Below are positions 1-9,376 of a DNA stretch of 64,000 bases, in pieces. Made by a program: the position numbers and the translations under genes. The DNA is from a bacterium (lineage in GTDB: Bacteria > UBA8248), in the NCBI GenBank assembly GCA_965219955.1, contig OZ244799.1:3744001-3808000 (forward strand), in the 5' to 3' direction. The first letter of the stretch is position 1; each line of letters begins with the position of its first letter. The notes beneath the pieces are model-generated. The model did no database searches and was not told where the DNA came from. It saw only the letters and a list, made by a program, of their open reading frames with translations.

Positions 1-118
1 TTCTCGCGTCGTCCGGGAAGCCGTGTACGAGAACCACGGGCGGCGCGGCTTCATCGCCCGCCTCCAGATAGCCGATTTCGAGCGCGGGGGTCGTGATGGA
101 TTTGAGCGCGCCAGGCAT
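1..118 (-). CDS. alpha/beta hydrolase, N-terminal part only (runs off the window edge)
   Basis: Manual translation from ATG at 118: MPGALKSITTPALEIGYLEAGDEAAPPVVLVHGFPDDAR. HGFPD is the oxyanion motif of epoxide-hydrolase-like enzymes. Not in the ORF track. Confidence 0.8.
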   Translation of the reverse strand, partial: MPGALKSITTPALEIGYLEAGDEAAPPVVLVHGFPDDAR

Positions 119-138
119 CTCGGTTTTTCAGTCCGCGA

Positions 139-882
139 TCAGATCGCGCACCAGCCGTCGTCGACGATGAGGTCGAGGCCGTGCACCGCGCTCGCGTCGT
201 CAGACGCCAGGAACACCGCCGCGCCCGCCATCTCCGCCGTGGTGATGTAGGCCCGGCCCGTGGGCGTGTAGCTCGCCATGAGCTTCACGAACTCGGGGTC
301 GTCCTGTAAGTGCTGGTTGAGCGGCGTGGCCGTGTTGCCCGGCGAGATGCAGTTCACGTTGATGCCGCACTTCGAAATCTCCGCCGCCAGCGCGCGCGTG
401 ATCATGTAGACCCCGCCCTTGCTTGCGCAGTAGGGCACCGCGTTCGGGAAGGCGTGCGTCGCGGCGATGGAGGCCATGAAGATAATCTTCCCGTAGCTCT
501 TCTCTTTCATGATGGGCACGACGGCCTGCGACAGCAGGAAGTTGCCCTTGAGATTAATGTCGATGATGTCGTCCCACTCCTGCTCGGAATAGGCTTCGAG
601 TTCCTTGTTGATCATGATGCCGTGGTTGCCGACTAAGATGTCCACCGTGCCGAACGCGCTCACCACGTCGGCCACCATGGCGTCCACCGCCGACTTCTTC
701 GATACGTCGCACGGAAACGCGCGGGCCGCATCGCCGATCTCCGCCGCCAAAGCCTCTCCTGTTTCCGCCGTGCGGTTCACGACCGCGACCTTAGCACCTT
801 CTTCCGCGAAGCGGCGGCAGATGGCCTCGCCGATTCCCTGCGAGCCGCCCGTGACGATGGCGACCTTGTCTTGTAGCTTCAT
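139..882 (-). CDS. SDR family NAD(P)-dependent oxidoreductase
   Basis: TGGSQGIG Rossmann motif, YCASK catalytic motif, VNCISPG; SD-like GGGAGG upstream. Confidence 0.95.
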   Translation of the reverse strand: MKLQDKVAIVTGGSQGIGEAICRRFAEEGAKVAVVNRTAETGEALAAEIGDAARAFPCDVSKKSAVDAMVADVVSAFGTVDILVGNHGIMINKELEAYSEQEWDDIIDINLKGNFLLSQAVVPIMKEKSYGKIIFMASIAATHAFPNAVPYCASKGGVYMITRALAAEISKCGINVNCISPGNTATPLNQHLQDDPEFVKLMASYTPTGRAYITTAEMAGAAVFLASDDASAVHGLDLIVDDGWCAI

Positions 883-1019
883 GGATGTTTCCTCCCTGCG
901 GCGCTTCCGGATCGCCCCGGAAGCGAAAAGTCCCCGGTAAAGACTGCGTCTCGATTTTTGCGGGCATGATACCGCCCTTTGGTGTGATGGGGAAGGGGTG
1001 GGGCATGGTTCCGGTGAGC

Positions 1020-1640
1020 ACCTGCAGGGGGCGCATACATGCGGCCCGTGGTTTGGACGGCAAAAACAAAGGGACGCATGGTATGCGTGGGACGGCCCCG
1101 AGGAGGGGTTCGTCCCCTACGGTGGCATCGCAGGAATTCGCAGCCGGACAGGCGCAGGAGCCTGTCCGGGGACCGGTGTGTCCGCCCTCTTGATTTGGTA
1201 GGGGTCGTTCGCGAACGACCCCTACAGAAGGGCATGATTCCGGCTTTTGCCCGTCATTCCGGTGTCAGACCCGACCAAGGCGGGGCCGTTGAAAAAGCCC
1301 CATGGAGCGATTTTGGTTGAGCGCAAGTTTTTGAATTTCACTCCCCCCTTGAGGGTCTGGCTTCCCGAGGGGAAAGCCAGACGAGGAAGCCGAGCGGTTT
1401 GTGCGAAGGCTGAATCGGTGGGGGGTAAAATGCGTTTTATCGCCAGTCCGAGTTATACCCCCCCACCGAATCGCTTTCGGGCTTACGCCCTCAGCTCTTC
1501 GACTCCCCCTCAAGGGGGGAGTGGTTGGTTGGCGCTCTGCAAGGGAGGAGTAAAGTTTCATCCCTCCATGGGAGGCTCCATGTGTGGAATCACGATATCA
1601 GGACTTTTTCAACAACCCTGTATGCGTCCCCTACACGACC
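1020..1640. repeat. Intergenic REP island with several palindromic repeat families
   Basis: Perfect 28-bp palindrome GTAGGGGTCGTTCGCGAACGACCCCTAC at 1198-1225; CGTCATTCCGGTGTC repeat at about 1252; CCCCCTTGAGGG / CCCCCTCAAGGGGG pair at about 1340 and 1505. Confidence 0.85.
1282..1618. mobile_element. MITE-like element with GTTGAAAAA / TTTTTCAAC terminal inverted repeats
   Basis: Left end GGGGCCGTTGAAAAAGCCC, right end GGACTTTTTCAACAACCC; the same termini recur at six other intergenic loci. Confidence 0.65.
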
Positions 1641-1669
1641 AAAGGTTCAACCGGATATGCGATGCGAAT

Positions 1670-3472
1670 CTACTTCTTGCTCAACCGCTTCCGTCTCCGC
1701 CTGGTTCTGGCCGCATCCACCTGGCCCGCGTCGTCGACCGCGACGCCGTAGATCTTCCAGGCGCGCTCCCTGGTGATCCACTTCTCCTCCACGTCCTCGC
1801 GCACCTTCTCGACCGGCCGCTCGTGCGGCGGGCCGTAGCCGCCACCGCCCGTGCAGTAGGACGCCACGTTCTCGCCGGGTTTCAGGATGATGTCCGCGCA
1901 GGCGGGGAGATCCTCCAAGGAGCCGTCCTCGCGCATGAGGAAGTTCCGGCAGACCGCTCCGTTCAGGCCGCCGAGCGTTCCCTTCGACGCGTTTATCGCG
2001 CCGTCCGACACGTAGACGACCTCCAGATCGCCGCCGCCCACGGGGCCGTATTCACAATAGCCCGATGGCGCGCCAATCGTCCGGCCCGCGCCCTCGGTGT
2101 CGGGCATGAGCCTGCGCGTCTTGATGTAGATGGGGAAGTGGAGCTCGTCCAGTTCGATGCTGTCCACGAAGCACATGCCGGCGTTGCCCGCGTGGAGGAT
2201 GGTGAGCCAGGCGTCGGTTTTCCCCGCGCCCGCCCCGCCGGTGACCATTAAAAAGAGGTGGTTCACGAAGGGCTCGTTGTCGTTCCTGGGGTCGAAACCG
2301 GAGATGACGCCCATCGACGCCGGGAAAATCGGCCCGCACTCGGCCAGTCCGATGCCGTCCTGAATCTTCGAGAACGCGCGCTGCACGGGATTCGTCACGC
2401 GGTCGGCGAGGTTCGTGGTGGCGACGGACATCGAGGTGGGGTGCTTGCCCCCGCCCGCGACCGAGCCGTCGCGGATGAGCACGTTGACCCGCCGGAAGCT
2501 GCCCGCGTTCGTGGGCACGATGTCGTCGATGCTGTTGAACACGCCTATCATCGCGCCGGTGCGCGCGCAGGCCTCGCTCAGGTTCAGGCCGCAGGGCATG
2601 GCGTCGGGGTTGTCGCGCAAATCCACCTCGATGGTGGCCTTTTTGTTATCGATCCGCACGTGCGCGGTGATGGGGATGCCTTCCTCCGGCGTGCCGGGGA
2701 CGGGGTCGTGCGTGCTGTGGGCGGTGGCCTCGCCGGTAGGCAGTTTTTTGATGGCGGAGACCATGAGCTTCTCGCTGTAGTCGAACCACTCTTTCGAGAA
2801 ATCGTGCAGCGTCTCCCAGCCGTATTCATCGCCCATGGCGAGCACCTCGCGCTCGCCGATTCTGGCCGCGCCGATCATCGCGAGGTAATCGCCGTACCAC
2901 TGCTCGGGCACGCGGATGCGCATCCGGCAGAAGTTGATGAAGTCCTCGTTGTCCTCGTAGTTCGTCTGCACCCTGGTGGGCGGGAAGATGAGCGCGCCTT
3001 CTTCATAGACGTCGCGCGCGTGGCCCATGTAGGTGGTGGGCTGGCTGCACCCGCAATCCGCCTGGTGGGCCTTCACCCACACCGTGAACTGGTGGACGCC
3101 CCGCTTGTCGATGACGGGCACGAGGATGGTGTGGTCCGCCGGGTGCGAGCAGCCATGGTAGGGCGAGTTGTGGAGATAGGCGTCGCCCCTTTTTAGATTG
3201 GGATGCAGGTCCATCATCGAGCGGGCCATCAGGTCCGCCCCGCTCAGGTGATGGATGGGGAGCGATTCCGCGCCCGTCAGCAGTTCGCACTCGCGCGTCA
3301 CGACGGAGGTGGAGAAATCGCGCGCGAGGTTCAGCACGCCCGAGCGGCCTGTCCTGAGCAGCGTGTTCGCCATCTTGGTCGTCACGGCGTCGAAGCGCTT
3401 GTGCAGCACGGCCAGGGTGATGGGGTCGAGTTTCGTCTTTCGCTTCGCGCGTCTGGTTGCTGCTCTCGCCAT
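1670..3472 (-). CDS. Hydantoinase B / 5-oxoprolinase / acetone-carboxylase-alpha family protein
   Basis: LDPITLAVL N-terminus, NSPYHGCSHPAD and HQAD metal motifs, YEEG, TGGGGYGPP C-terminal motif. Confidence 0.92.
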   Translation of the reverse strand: MARAATRRAKRKTKLDPITLAVLHKRFDAVTTKMANTLLRTGRSGVLNLARDFSTSVVTRECELLTGAESLPIHHLSGADLMARSMMDLHPNLKRGDAYLHNSPYHGCSHPADHTILVPVIDKRGVHQFTVWVKAHQADCGCSQPTTYMGHARDVYEEGALIFPPTRVQTNYEDNEDFINFCRMRIRVPEQWYGDYLAMIGAARIGEREVLAMGDEYGWETLHDFSKEWFDYSEKLMVSAIKKLPTGEATAHSTHDPVPGTPEEGIPITAHVRIDNKKATIEVDLRDNPDAMPCGLNLSEACARTGAMIGVFNSIDDIVPTNAGSFRRVNVLIRDGSVAGGGKHPTSMSVATTNLADRVTNPVQRAFSKIQDGIGLAECGPIFPASMGVISGFDPRNDNEPFVNHLFLMVTGGAGAGKTDAWLTILHAGNAGMCFVDSIELDELHFPIYIKTRRLMPDTEGAGRTIGAPSGYCEYGPVGGGDLEVVYVSDGAINASKGTLGGLNGAVCRNFLMREDGSLEDLPACADIILKPGENVASYCTGGGGYGPPHERPVEKVREDVEEKWITRERAWKIYGVAVDDAGQVDAARTRRRRKRLSKK

Positions 3473-3481
3473 ATCCTGCTC

Positions 3482-5548
3482 CTAAAGCGTGATGAACAGA
3501 CTCCCGCTTCTCGTGCGCTCGGCCTTTGCGCCGGGGTCGATGACCACCGTCGTGAACGGCGATTCGATGATGGCCGGCCCCCGCATCGCGGAGCCTGCCT
3601 TCATGGAATCGAACGCCGCCACGCGGGCGTTCACGAGTCCCTTGCCCGCGAAATAGGCTTCGCGCCGCCTGGGGAGCGTCGTCTCGTGGATCGCCTCGCG
3701 CACGAGCCTGCCGAAGCGGCCCTTTCTCAGCTTGCACCGCGCCACGGCGCGCCAGCCGACGAACTCGACTTCCGAGGACGGATCGCGGAAGGCGAACACC
3801 TCCTCGTGCACTTCGTCGAACGCCGCCCGCGTGCGCTCCACGTCTTTTTTCGAGCGGAAACGGTTGATGGGCAGCCCCAGGTCGATCTCCCAGATCTGGT
3901 GCTTGTAGCGCGCCTCGACGTAGAATTCCGTAGCGCTCTCCACCGCCCCCTTGCCGGGACCCTTGATGAAGGCGCGGCATCTGTCGCCGAGCGATTTCAG
4001 GGTCGCGTTCGCCCCCTTGAAGTCGAAGCGGTCCGTGATGGTGAAGAACATCGAGCGGTAGTCGGCGTGCAAGTCGCTCATCATCGCGCCCGCCGCCGAT
4101 AGCGCGGCGCCGACTTCGGGGATCACGAGGCCCTGGCAGCCCAGCCGCTTGGCGATGGCGACCGAGTTCAGCCCCGCCGCCCCGCCGCCGCCGATCAGCA
4201 CCGCGCCCCTGGGGTCGATGCCCTGGTGGATGGTGATCTCCTCGATCGCGCCCACCATGTTCTCTGTCGCCAGCCTGAGAATGGCCGAGGCCGCCTCCTG
4301 GAGAGATAGCCCCAGCGGTTCGGCCACGTCTTTCGATATGGCCTTCTCGGCTTCCGTGGTGTTGAGCGTCATCGCGCCGCCCAGGAAATAATCCGGGTCG
4401 ATGTGGCCGAGCACCAAAGATGCGTCCGTCAAGGTAGGGCGCGTTCCGCCCCGGCCGTAGCAGGCCGGTCCCGGTTCCGCGCCCGCGCTTTGCGGCCCGA
4501 CGTGCAGGAGGCCGCCCTCATCCACCCAGGCGATGCTGCCCCCGCCCGCGCCGATGCTCTTCACGTCCACGGAGGGAAAGCCCAGTATGTGGCCCCGGTA
4601 GCGCTGGCCGAGCCAGGTTTCAGGCGACATGGGAATCTCGCCCCGGCGCACGAGGCTCACGTCGTAGGTGGTGCCGCCGGTGTCGGCCACTATCGCCGTG
4701 GCGGCCCTGGCGTCGGCGCGCGAGAAGTGCCTGCCCGCGATGGGCGCCATCGAAGGCCCCGAACCCACCGAGTGGATGGGCGCTTCGGCGAGTTCGCCCG
4801 CGTCCATCACGCCGCCCTTGGAAGTCAGCATCAGAAGCCTTCCGGCGAAGCCCGCCGCGGCCAGCCTTTCCTGCAGCCCGCCGATGTAGCGCGACATCAG
4901 GGGTTTGAGAGACGCGTCGATACAGGTCGAGGACGCCCGGCGGTATTCGCGCAGGATCGGGTTGAGAACGTGCGACAGGGTGTAAGGCACGCCCTTAAGG
5001 TGTTTTTTCAGCAGGCGTCCCACGCCGATCTCGTGGGCGGGGTTCACGGTGGACCACAGGAGAGAGACGGCCACCGCCTCCACTTCTTTTTCCTTGAGTT
5101 CCTCGATGATCCCGATGACGCCCGCCTCATCGAGCGGCTCGTACACGCCCCCGTCCGCACCCATGCGCTCGGGCACCTCGTAGGTGAGCGCGCGCGGGAT
5201 GTAGGGCTTGGGGAAGGGCACCAGGAAGTTGAACGGCTCCATGCGCCCGCCCTCGCGCAGCACGAGGATGTCGGGGTGGCCCTTGGTGGTGAGGAAGGCG
5301 GTCTTCGCGGTGTTTCCCGTCACGATGGCGTTGGTGGCGTGGGTGGTGCCGTGGATGAAGAGTTCGCCCTGGGCGAGGAGTTCTTCGGTGGTCGTCGAGA
5401 GCGCAACGGCTGCCGACTCGATGGCCGCGAGGATGCCCTCCACCGGGTCCTGGGGCGTCGTGGGGGCCTTGAACATGTGGAGGCGGCCCCGGTTGTCCTC
5501 GAGCACGAGGTCGGTGAAGGTCCCGCCCGTATCTACCGCGAATCGCAT
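3482..5548 (-). CDS. Hydantoinase A / oxoprolinase family ATP-dependent subunit
   Basis: MRFAVDTGGTFTD, HGTTHATNA, SGP, DTGGTTYD, IGAGGGSIA, SAGAEPGPACYG. Start moved to ATG 5548, which has an SD. Confidence 0.93.
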   Translation of the reverse strand: MRFAVDTGGTFTDLVLEDNRGRLHMFKAPTTPQDPVEGILAAIESAAVALSTTTEELLAQGELFIHGTTHATNAIVTGNTAKTAFLTTKGHPDILVLREGGRMEPFNFLVPFPKPYIPRALTYEVPERMGADGGVYEPLDEAGVIGIIEELKEKEVEAVAVSLLWSTVNPAHEIGVGRLLKKHLKGVPYTLSHVLNPILREYRRASSTCIDASLKPLMSRYIGGLQERLAAAGFAGRLLMLTSKGGVMDAGELAEAPIHSVGSGPSMAPIAGRHFSRADARAATAIVADTGGTTYDVSLVRRGEIPMSPETWLGQRYRGHILGFPSVDVKSIGAGGGSIAWVDEGGLLHVGPQSAGAEPGPACYGRGGTRPTLTDASLVLGHIDPDYFLGGAMTLNTTEAEKAISKDVAEPLGLSLQEAASAILRLATENMVGAIEEITIHQGIDPRGAVLIGGGGAAGLNSVAIAKRLGCQGLVIPEVGAALSAAGAMMSDLHADYRSMFFTITDRFDFKGANATLKSLGDRCRAFIKGPGKGAVESATEFYVEARYKHQIWEIDLGLPINRFRSKKDVERTRAAFDEVHEEVFAFRDPSSEVEFVGWRAVARCKLRKGRFGRLVREAIHETTLPRRREAYFAGKGLVNARVAAFDSMKAGSAMRGPAIIESPFTTVVIDPGAKAERTRSGSLFITL

Positions 5549-5702
5549 TCCTCGCCTCCCGCCGTCAACCGCGCCCGGTGGCATGACATGTCTGCGCGGA
5601 TGAGGTTTCTGAATCGCTATCTGCGTATGGGTGATGAATTCAGGCGCAATATATCACTTTCCGGGCGGTGGGATGCAAGGAGGCCACGGGTGAAAATGCG
5701 CG

Positions 5703-6383
5703 TCACGCGTCGCGCACGTGCGCGTAATACCGGGCGAGGCGCTCGGCCGAGACGCCCAGCGCGAAGAGGATGCTCAGCCCCCACCAGATGATGAGGCACT
5801 TGGGCTTGCCCCATACGTCGATGCGCCGCCCGCTCGTGACGACGGGCGTCTCGATGACGGCGGCGCGCCCGAACGCGCGCATCCTGCGGCTCAGGTCCCA
5901 GTCCTCGAACAGGGGCATGTCGGCGTAGCCGCCCATGCGCTCGAAGGCCTCGCGCCGGATGAAGATGCACTGGTCGCCCAGGAAGCGTTTCGCGATTTTC
6001 GCGCGCGCGTTGGCGCTGAAGCTGATGAAGCGGCTGAAGCTGTCCTCGCGATCGAAGCTGTGGAGAAAGCCCCCGCCCGCCACGTCGTTCCCGCGCATGA
6101 CGTCCTCGATATCCCTTAACGCCCCAGGCGGCAGTTTCGTGTCGCAGTGTAGAAACAGGATCGTCTCGCCTTCGGCCAAAGCCGCGCCCGCGTTCATCTG
6201 GCGCGCGCGGCCGGGTTCGGTTTCGACGATAAGAGCGCGTTCGCCCGCGACCGCCCGCGTCCCGTCCGTACTCCCCCCGTCGGCGAGGATGATCTGCTTC
6301 TCCCCCGGCTGGGCGTCGAGCATGTCGAACATGGGGGACAGCCTGGGCGCTTCATTCAGTACGGGCACGACGATGGAGATCAT
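5703..6383 (-). CDS. GT2 glycosyltransferase, TIGR04283-like
   Basis: ISIVVPVLNE, DGGSTDGT, GRARQMNAGA, FLHCDT, GDQCIF, PLFED, TSGRR. Start ATG 6383 after AAGGA. Confidence 0.85.
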   Translation of the reverse strand: MISIVVPVLNEAPRLSPMFDMLDAQPGEKQIILADGGSTDGTRAVAGERALIVETEPGRARQMNAGAALAEGETILFLHCDTKLPPGALRDIEDVMRGNDVAGGGFLHSFDREDSFSRFISFSANARAKIAKRFLGDQCIFIRREAFERMGGYADMPLFEDWDLSRRMRAFGRAAVIETPVVTSGRRIDVWGKPKCLIIWWGLSILFALGVSAERLARYYAHVRDA

Positions 6384-6493
6384 CGCTGAGTCCTTCTTAA
6401 GGAACCAGTCTTTCACCTGGAAGCGCTGAGACGATACTTTCCCCGGGCTGTGGTATGATGCCTCATGCGAAGCCATCCGGTGAACCCTAACCA

Positions 6494-8089
6494 TTGGAAC
6501 CTTCAATGTCGATAAGGCGCAACCGTATTTTCCGTCTTCTTCTCTCCCGCGCAGGCGGCGCCCGCCGCGTGAAACATCTTGCGGTCGGCCTCATCCTTTC
6601 CGTTGCGTTGCTCTCCGCGAGCCTCGTCTTTTCGCTCTCCAGCGATCAGGAAGAGGCCATCGCCCTTCTTTATGAGGTCATGGAGAAAGTCGACGATAGC
6701 TACACGCGCACACCCGATTTCAGGAAGATGTACGTCGCGGGCCTGGAAGGCCTCAAGAAAAGCGCGGGCGAGGGGAACTTCGATTTCGAGGAGAAGGCGG
6801 GAGACGAGGTTCTCCTCAAGGCGGGGGAGAAGGAGTTGCTCGTTCGCCTCCGGGGAGACACCGTCGGCGGGCTGGGCGGGTTCGAGCGCGCCTACCGGTT
6901 CGCCATGGCGAACGCCGGGGATTCGGAGAAGAAAAAAAAGGGCGGATTGGAAGTCATGTACGTGGCGCTCACCTCCATGCTGCGTTCGCTGGACCCTTTC
7001 AGTTCTTTCGTCTCGCCCGACGCCTACAGGCAGATGCGGGTGGAGCATACGGGCCGCTACGGCGGGGTGGGCGTCATCATCACGGTGCGGGAGAAGAAGC
7101 TCACCGTCATATCGCCCATCGACGACACGCCCGCGCATCGCGCGGGCCTCAAGTCCGAGGACGTGATTCTGGAAATCGACGGCGCGACCACGGCGGACAT
7201 GCCGCTCTCAGAGGTCGTGCGCCGCATGAGAGGACCCGCGGGCAAGACGGTCGATTTGCTGATTTCGCGCGCAAGCTGGCCCGAGCCCCGCAACGTGAAG
7301 CTGCGCCGCGCCATCATCAGCATCAAGAGCGTGAAGGCGGAGGTGAAAGAGGACGGGATCGGCTACCTGCGGGTCACGGCCTTTCATGGACGAACGACGC
7401 GGGAACTGGACGTGGGCCTCAACGAGTTGGTTCGAAAGAAGAAGGTGCGGGGAATCGTGCTGGACCTGCGCGACAATCCCGGTGGTTTTCTCCGCCAGTC
7501 CGTCCAGGTCTCCGAACGGTTTCTGCCCGATGGAAGCATGGTCGTCTTCACCCGGGGGCGGAGGCGCAGCGAGACGGTGTATTTCCGCTCCCGCGGCAGC
7601 GGCGTTTGGGTGGGCAAGCCCTTGATCGTGTTGATCAACAAGGGCAGCGCGAGCGCTTCCGAAATCGTAGCCGGCGCCTTGCAGGATCTGGATCGCGCCC
7701 TGATCATCGGCAGGACGAGCTTCGGCAAGGGCTCCGTTCAGGCCATCATCCCCACGAGGGGCGGAGCGGCTGTCCGGCTGACGACGGCGAAATACTACAC
7801 CCCGCTCGGCCGCCTGATCCACGAGAAAGGCATTCAGCCCGACGTCGAGGCGGGGCCTCAGCCGCTCACAAAAAAAGAGATCAGGGAGAGAAGAAGAAAG
7901 ATGAAGTCTTCGCTCTACAAGAAAGAGGAAAAGACAGACGAGAAGAAAAAGGACGCCGTCCTCGAACTGGCGGTGGCCGTCTTGAAGGACGCCGCGAGCG
8001 CGGACGTGGAAGCGCTTCGCCAGGCGGCGCTTCATGCGCAGCGCCTGATGCGGAGCGCAGAAGCGGTATCGTCCGCAGCTTCTCCCTGA
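6494..8089 (+). CDS. ctpA: Carboxy-terminal processing protease, S41A family (PDZ plus protease domain)
   Basis: LDPFS, GVGV PDZ start, DLRDNPGG, SASASEIVAGALQD, SFGKGSVQ, TTAKYYTP. The true start may be 6506 or GTG 6568. Confidence 0.92.
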   Translation: MEPSMSIRRNRIFRLLLSRAGGARRVKHLAVGLILSVALLSASLVFSLSSDQEEAIALLYEVMEKVDDSYTRTPDFRKMYVAGLEGLKKSAGEGNFDFEEKAGDEVLLKAGEKELLVRLRGDTVGGLGGFERAYRFAMANAGDSEKKKKGGLEVMYVALTSMLRSLDPFSSFVSPDAYRQMRVEHTGRYGGVGVIITVREKKLTVISPIDDTPAHRAGLKSEDVILEIDGATTADMPLSEVVRRMRGPAGKTVDLLISRASWPEPRNVKLRRAIISIKSVKAEVKEDGIGYLRVTAFHGRTTRELDVGLNELVRKKKVRGIVLDLRDNPGGFLRQSVQVSERFLPDGSMVVFTRGRRRSETVYFRSRGSGVWVGKPLIVLINKGSASASEIVAGALQDLDRALIIGRTSFGKGSVQAIIPTRGGAAVRLTTAKYYTPLGRLIHEKGIQPDVEAGPQPLTKKEIRERRRKMKSSLYKKEEKTDEKKKDAVLELAVAVLKDAASADVEALRQAALHAQRLMRSAEAVSSAASP

Positions 8090-8137
8090 AACCCCTCGCA
8101 TCCCCCGCCGGAATCAAGGAATCCTCGATTTTTTGCG

Positions 8138-8986
8138 TTACTGCGTGAAGGCGACGATGGTTCCCACCGCGGCGGCCAGCCCCAGAAGCTTTCTCACCGT
8201 CATCTTCTCGGACAGCCGCCAGGTGGCCAGGATGGTGGTCGTGATGAAGCTCAACTGCAGGATCGGCGTGACGATGGTGGCCTCGCCTTCCCTGAACGCG
8301 GCCAGCAGCGAGGTGATCCCGAATATGAAGCAGGTGGCGGTCACGAGTCCGTGCGCCCAGCCTTTTTTCGAAAACTGCGGCCCCCCCTGCACCACGAACG
8401 AGTAGATGTAGGAGATGGTGATGAAGAAAATCGCCTGGCTGTGCAGGAACATGATAGGCGCCACCCCGCCCTCGACGCCCAGCTTGTAGAAGAAGTTCAC
8501 GAAACCGACGGCCGCCATCGCCACGACGGCCCAAAGGATGGAGACGAGCTTGTCGGTCGAGAAACTCCCCCGGTGGAAATCCGAGAACAGGAAAATGGCG
8601 CAGCCGGTGAGGATGAGGCCCACGATCTTCGGGAGCGTGATGGATTCACTCAGAAACCAGACGGCGAGCATGGCGGTGACGACGAAACTCATCCGGTAGA
8701 TGGGCGTGCTGGCGCTCGCCTCTCCGAGCTCCACGCTTCTCATGAAGCTCCAGAAGCCGATGAACGTGAAAAAGGCGGTGCAGAATCCCAGAAGGGCGGG
8801 GGGCGTCCATGCGTAGCTGCCCTCGCAGTACGTCCATATCCACGTGATCGGAACGACGATGCTCGACTGCGAGACCGTGATCGTGCCCGGCAATATCTTG
8901 TTCCTGACCGCGCGGCCATACACGTAGTCCGCCACGCCGATCAGAAACGATGCGAAAAGGGCGAGCACGATGAACCTTGGAAGCAA
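8138..8986 (-). CDS. EamA/DMT family transporter
   Basis: About 10 hydrophobic segments in two repeats (GEASASTPI...LSESIT and GEATIVTPI...LSEKMT); TTG start with AGGAG SD. Confidence 0.88.
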   Translation of the reverse strand: MLPRFIVLALFASFLIGVADYVYGRAVRNKILPGTITVSQSSIVVPITWIWTYCEGSYAWTPPALLGFCTAFFTFIGFWSFMRSVELGEASASTPIYRMSFVVTAMLAVWFLSESITLPKIVGLILTGCAIFLFSDFHRGSFSTDKLVSILWAVVAMAAVGFVNFFYKLGVEGGVAPIMFLHSQAIFFITISYIYSFVVQGGPQFSKKGWAHGLVTATCFIFGITSLLAAFREGEATIVTPILQLSFITTTILATWRLSEKMTVRKLLGLAAAVGTIVAFTQ

Positions 8987-9376
8987 GCCGAATCTCTCCT
9001 GATAAATAACGCCGCCGCTTCAAACCCTTCGGGCGTCATGCCCGTTATCGGCGGGCGCGTTTCGTCGGTTCGGGAAGAGTACGCCGAAACGGCGCTTGAT
9101 TCATAGCTCTGCACCCGCTCGTTTTCCTGCCCGCACACCCTCGCCCGGACTCGCCGTGCGGGGGATGCGGCGCCCCGGGCCGCGGTTTCCCTTGTTGTGC
9201 CGATGGGGGCCTTCCTGTATATTGCGTGTATATATCTTGCCATGTTGCTTATGTGAACCGCACCGGAATCATTCCGGGGAGAGGGTCAAACTTTCTTCTC
9301 TGTTCGTGCGGAAACGGGCAAACCCCTGCGTCCGCACTCTGAATCCACGGAATCGGAAGCTAGGGAGGATCATGTA

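Noticed and set aside
1020-1640. CRISPR array in the repeat islands (also 27860-28260, 31470-31960, 41550-42160, 46940-47520, 62410-62760)
   Set aside because: The repeats are palindromic and inverted, of several families, with no constant repeat-spacer period and no cas genes.
9214-9240. Operator-like TGTATAT...GTATATA upstream of the Liv-type operon
   Set aside because: Too degenerate to assign to a regulator from one instance.
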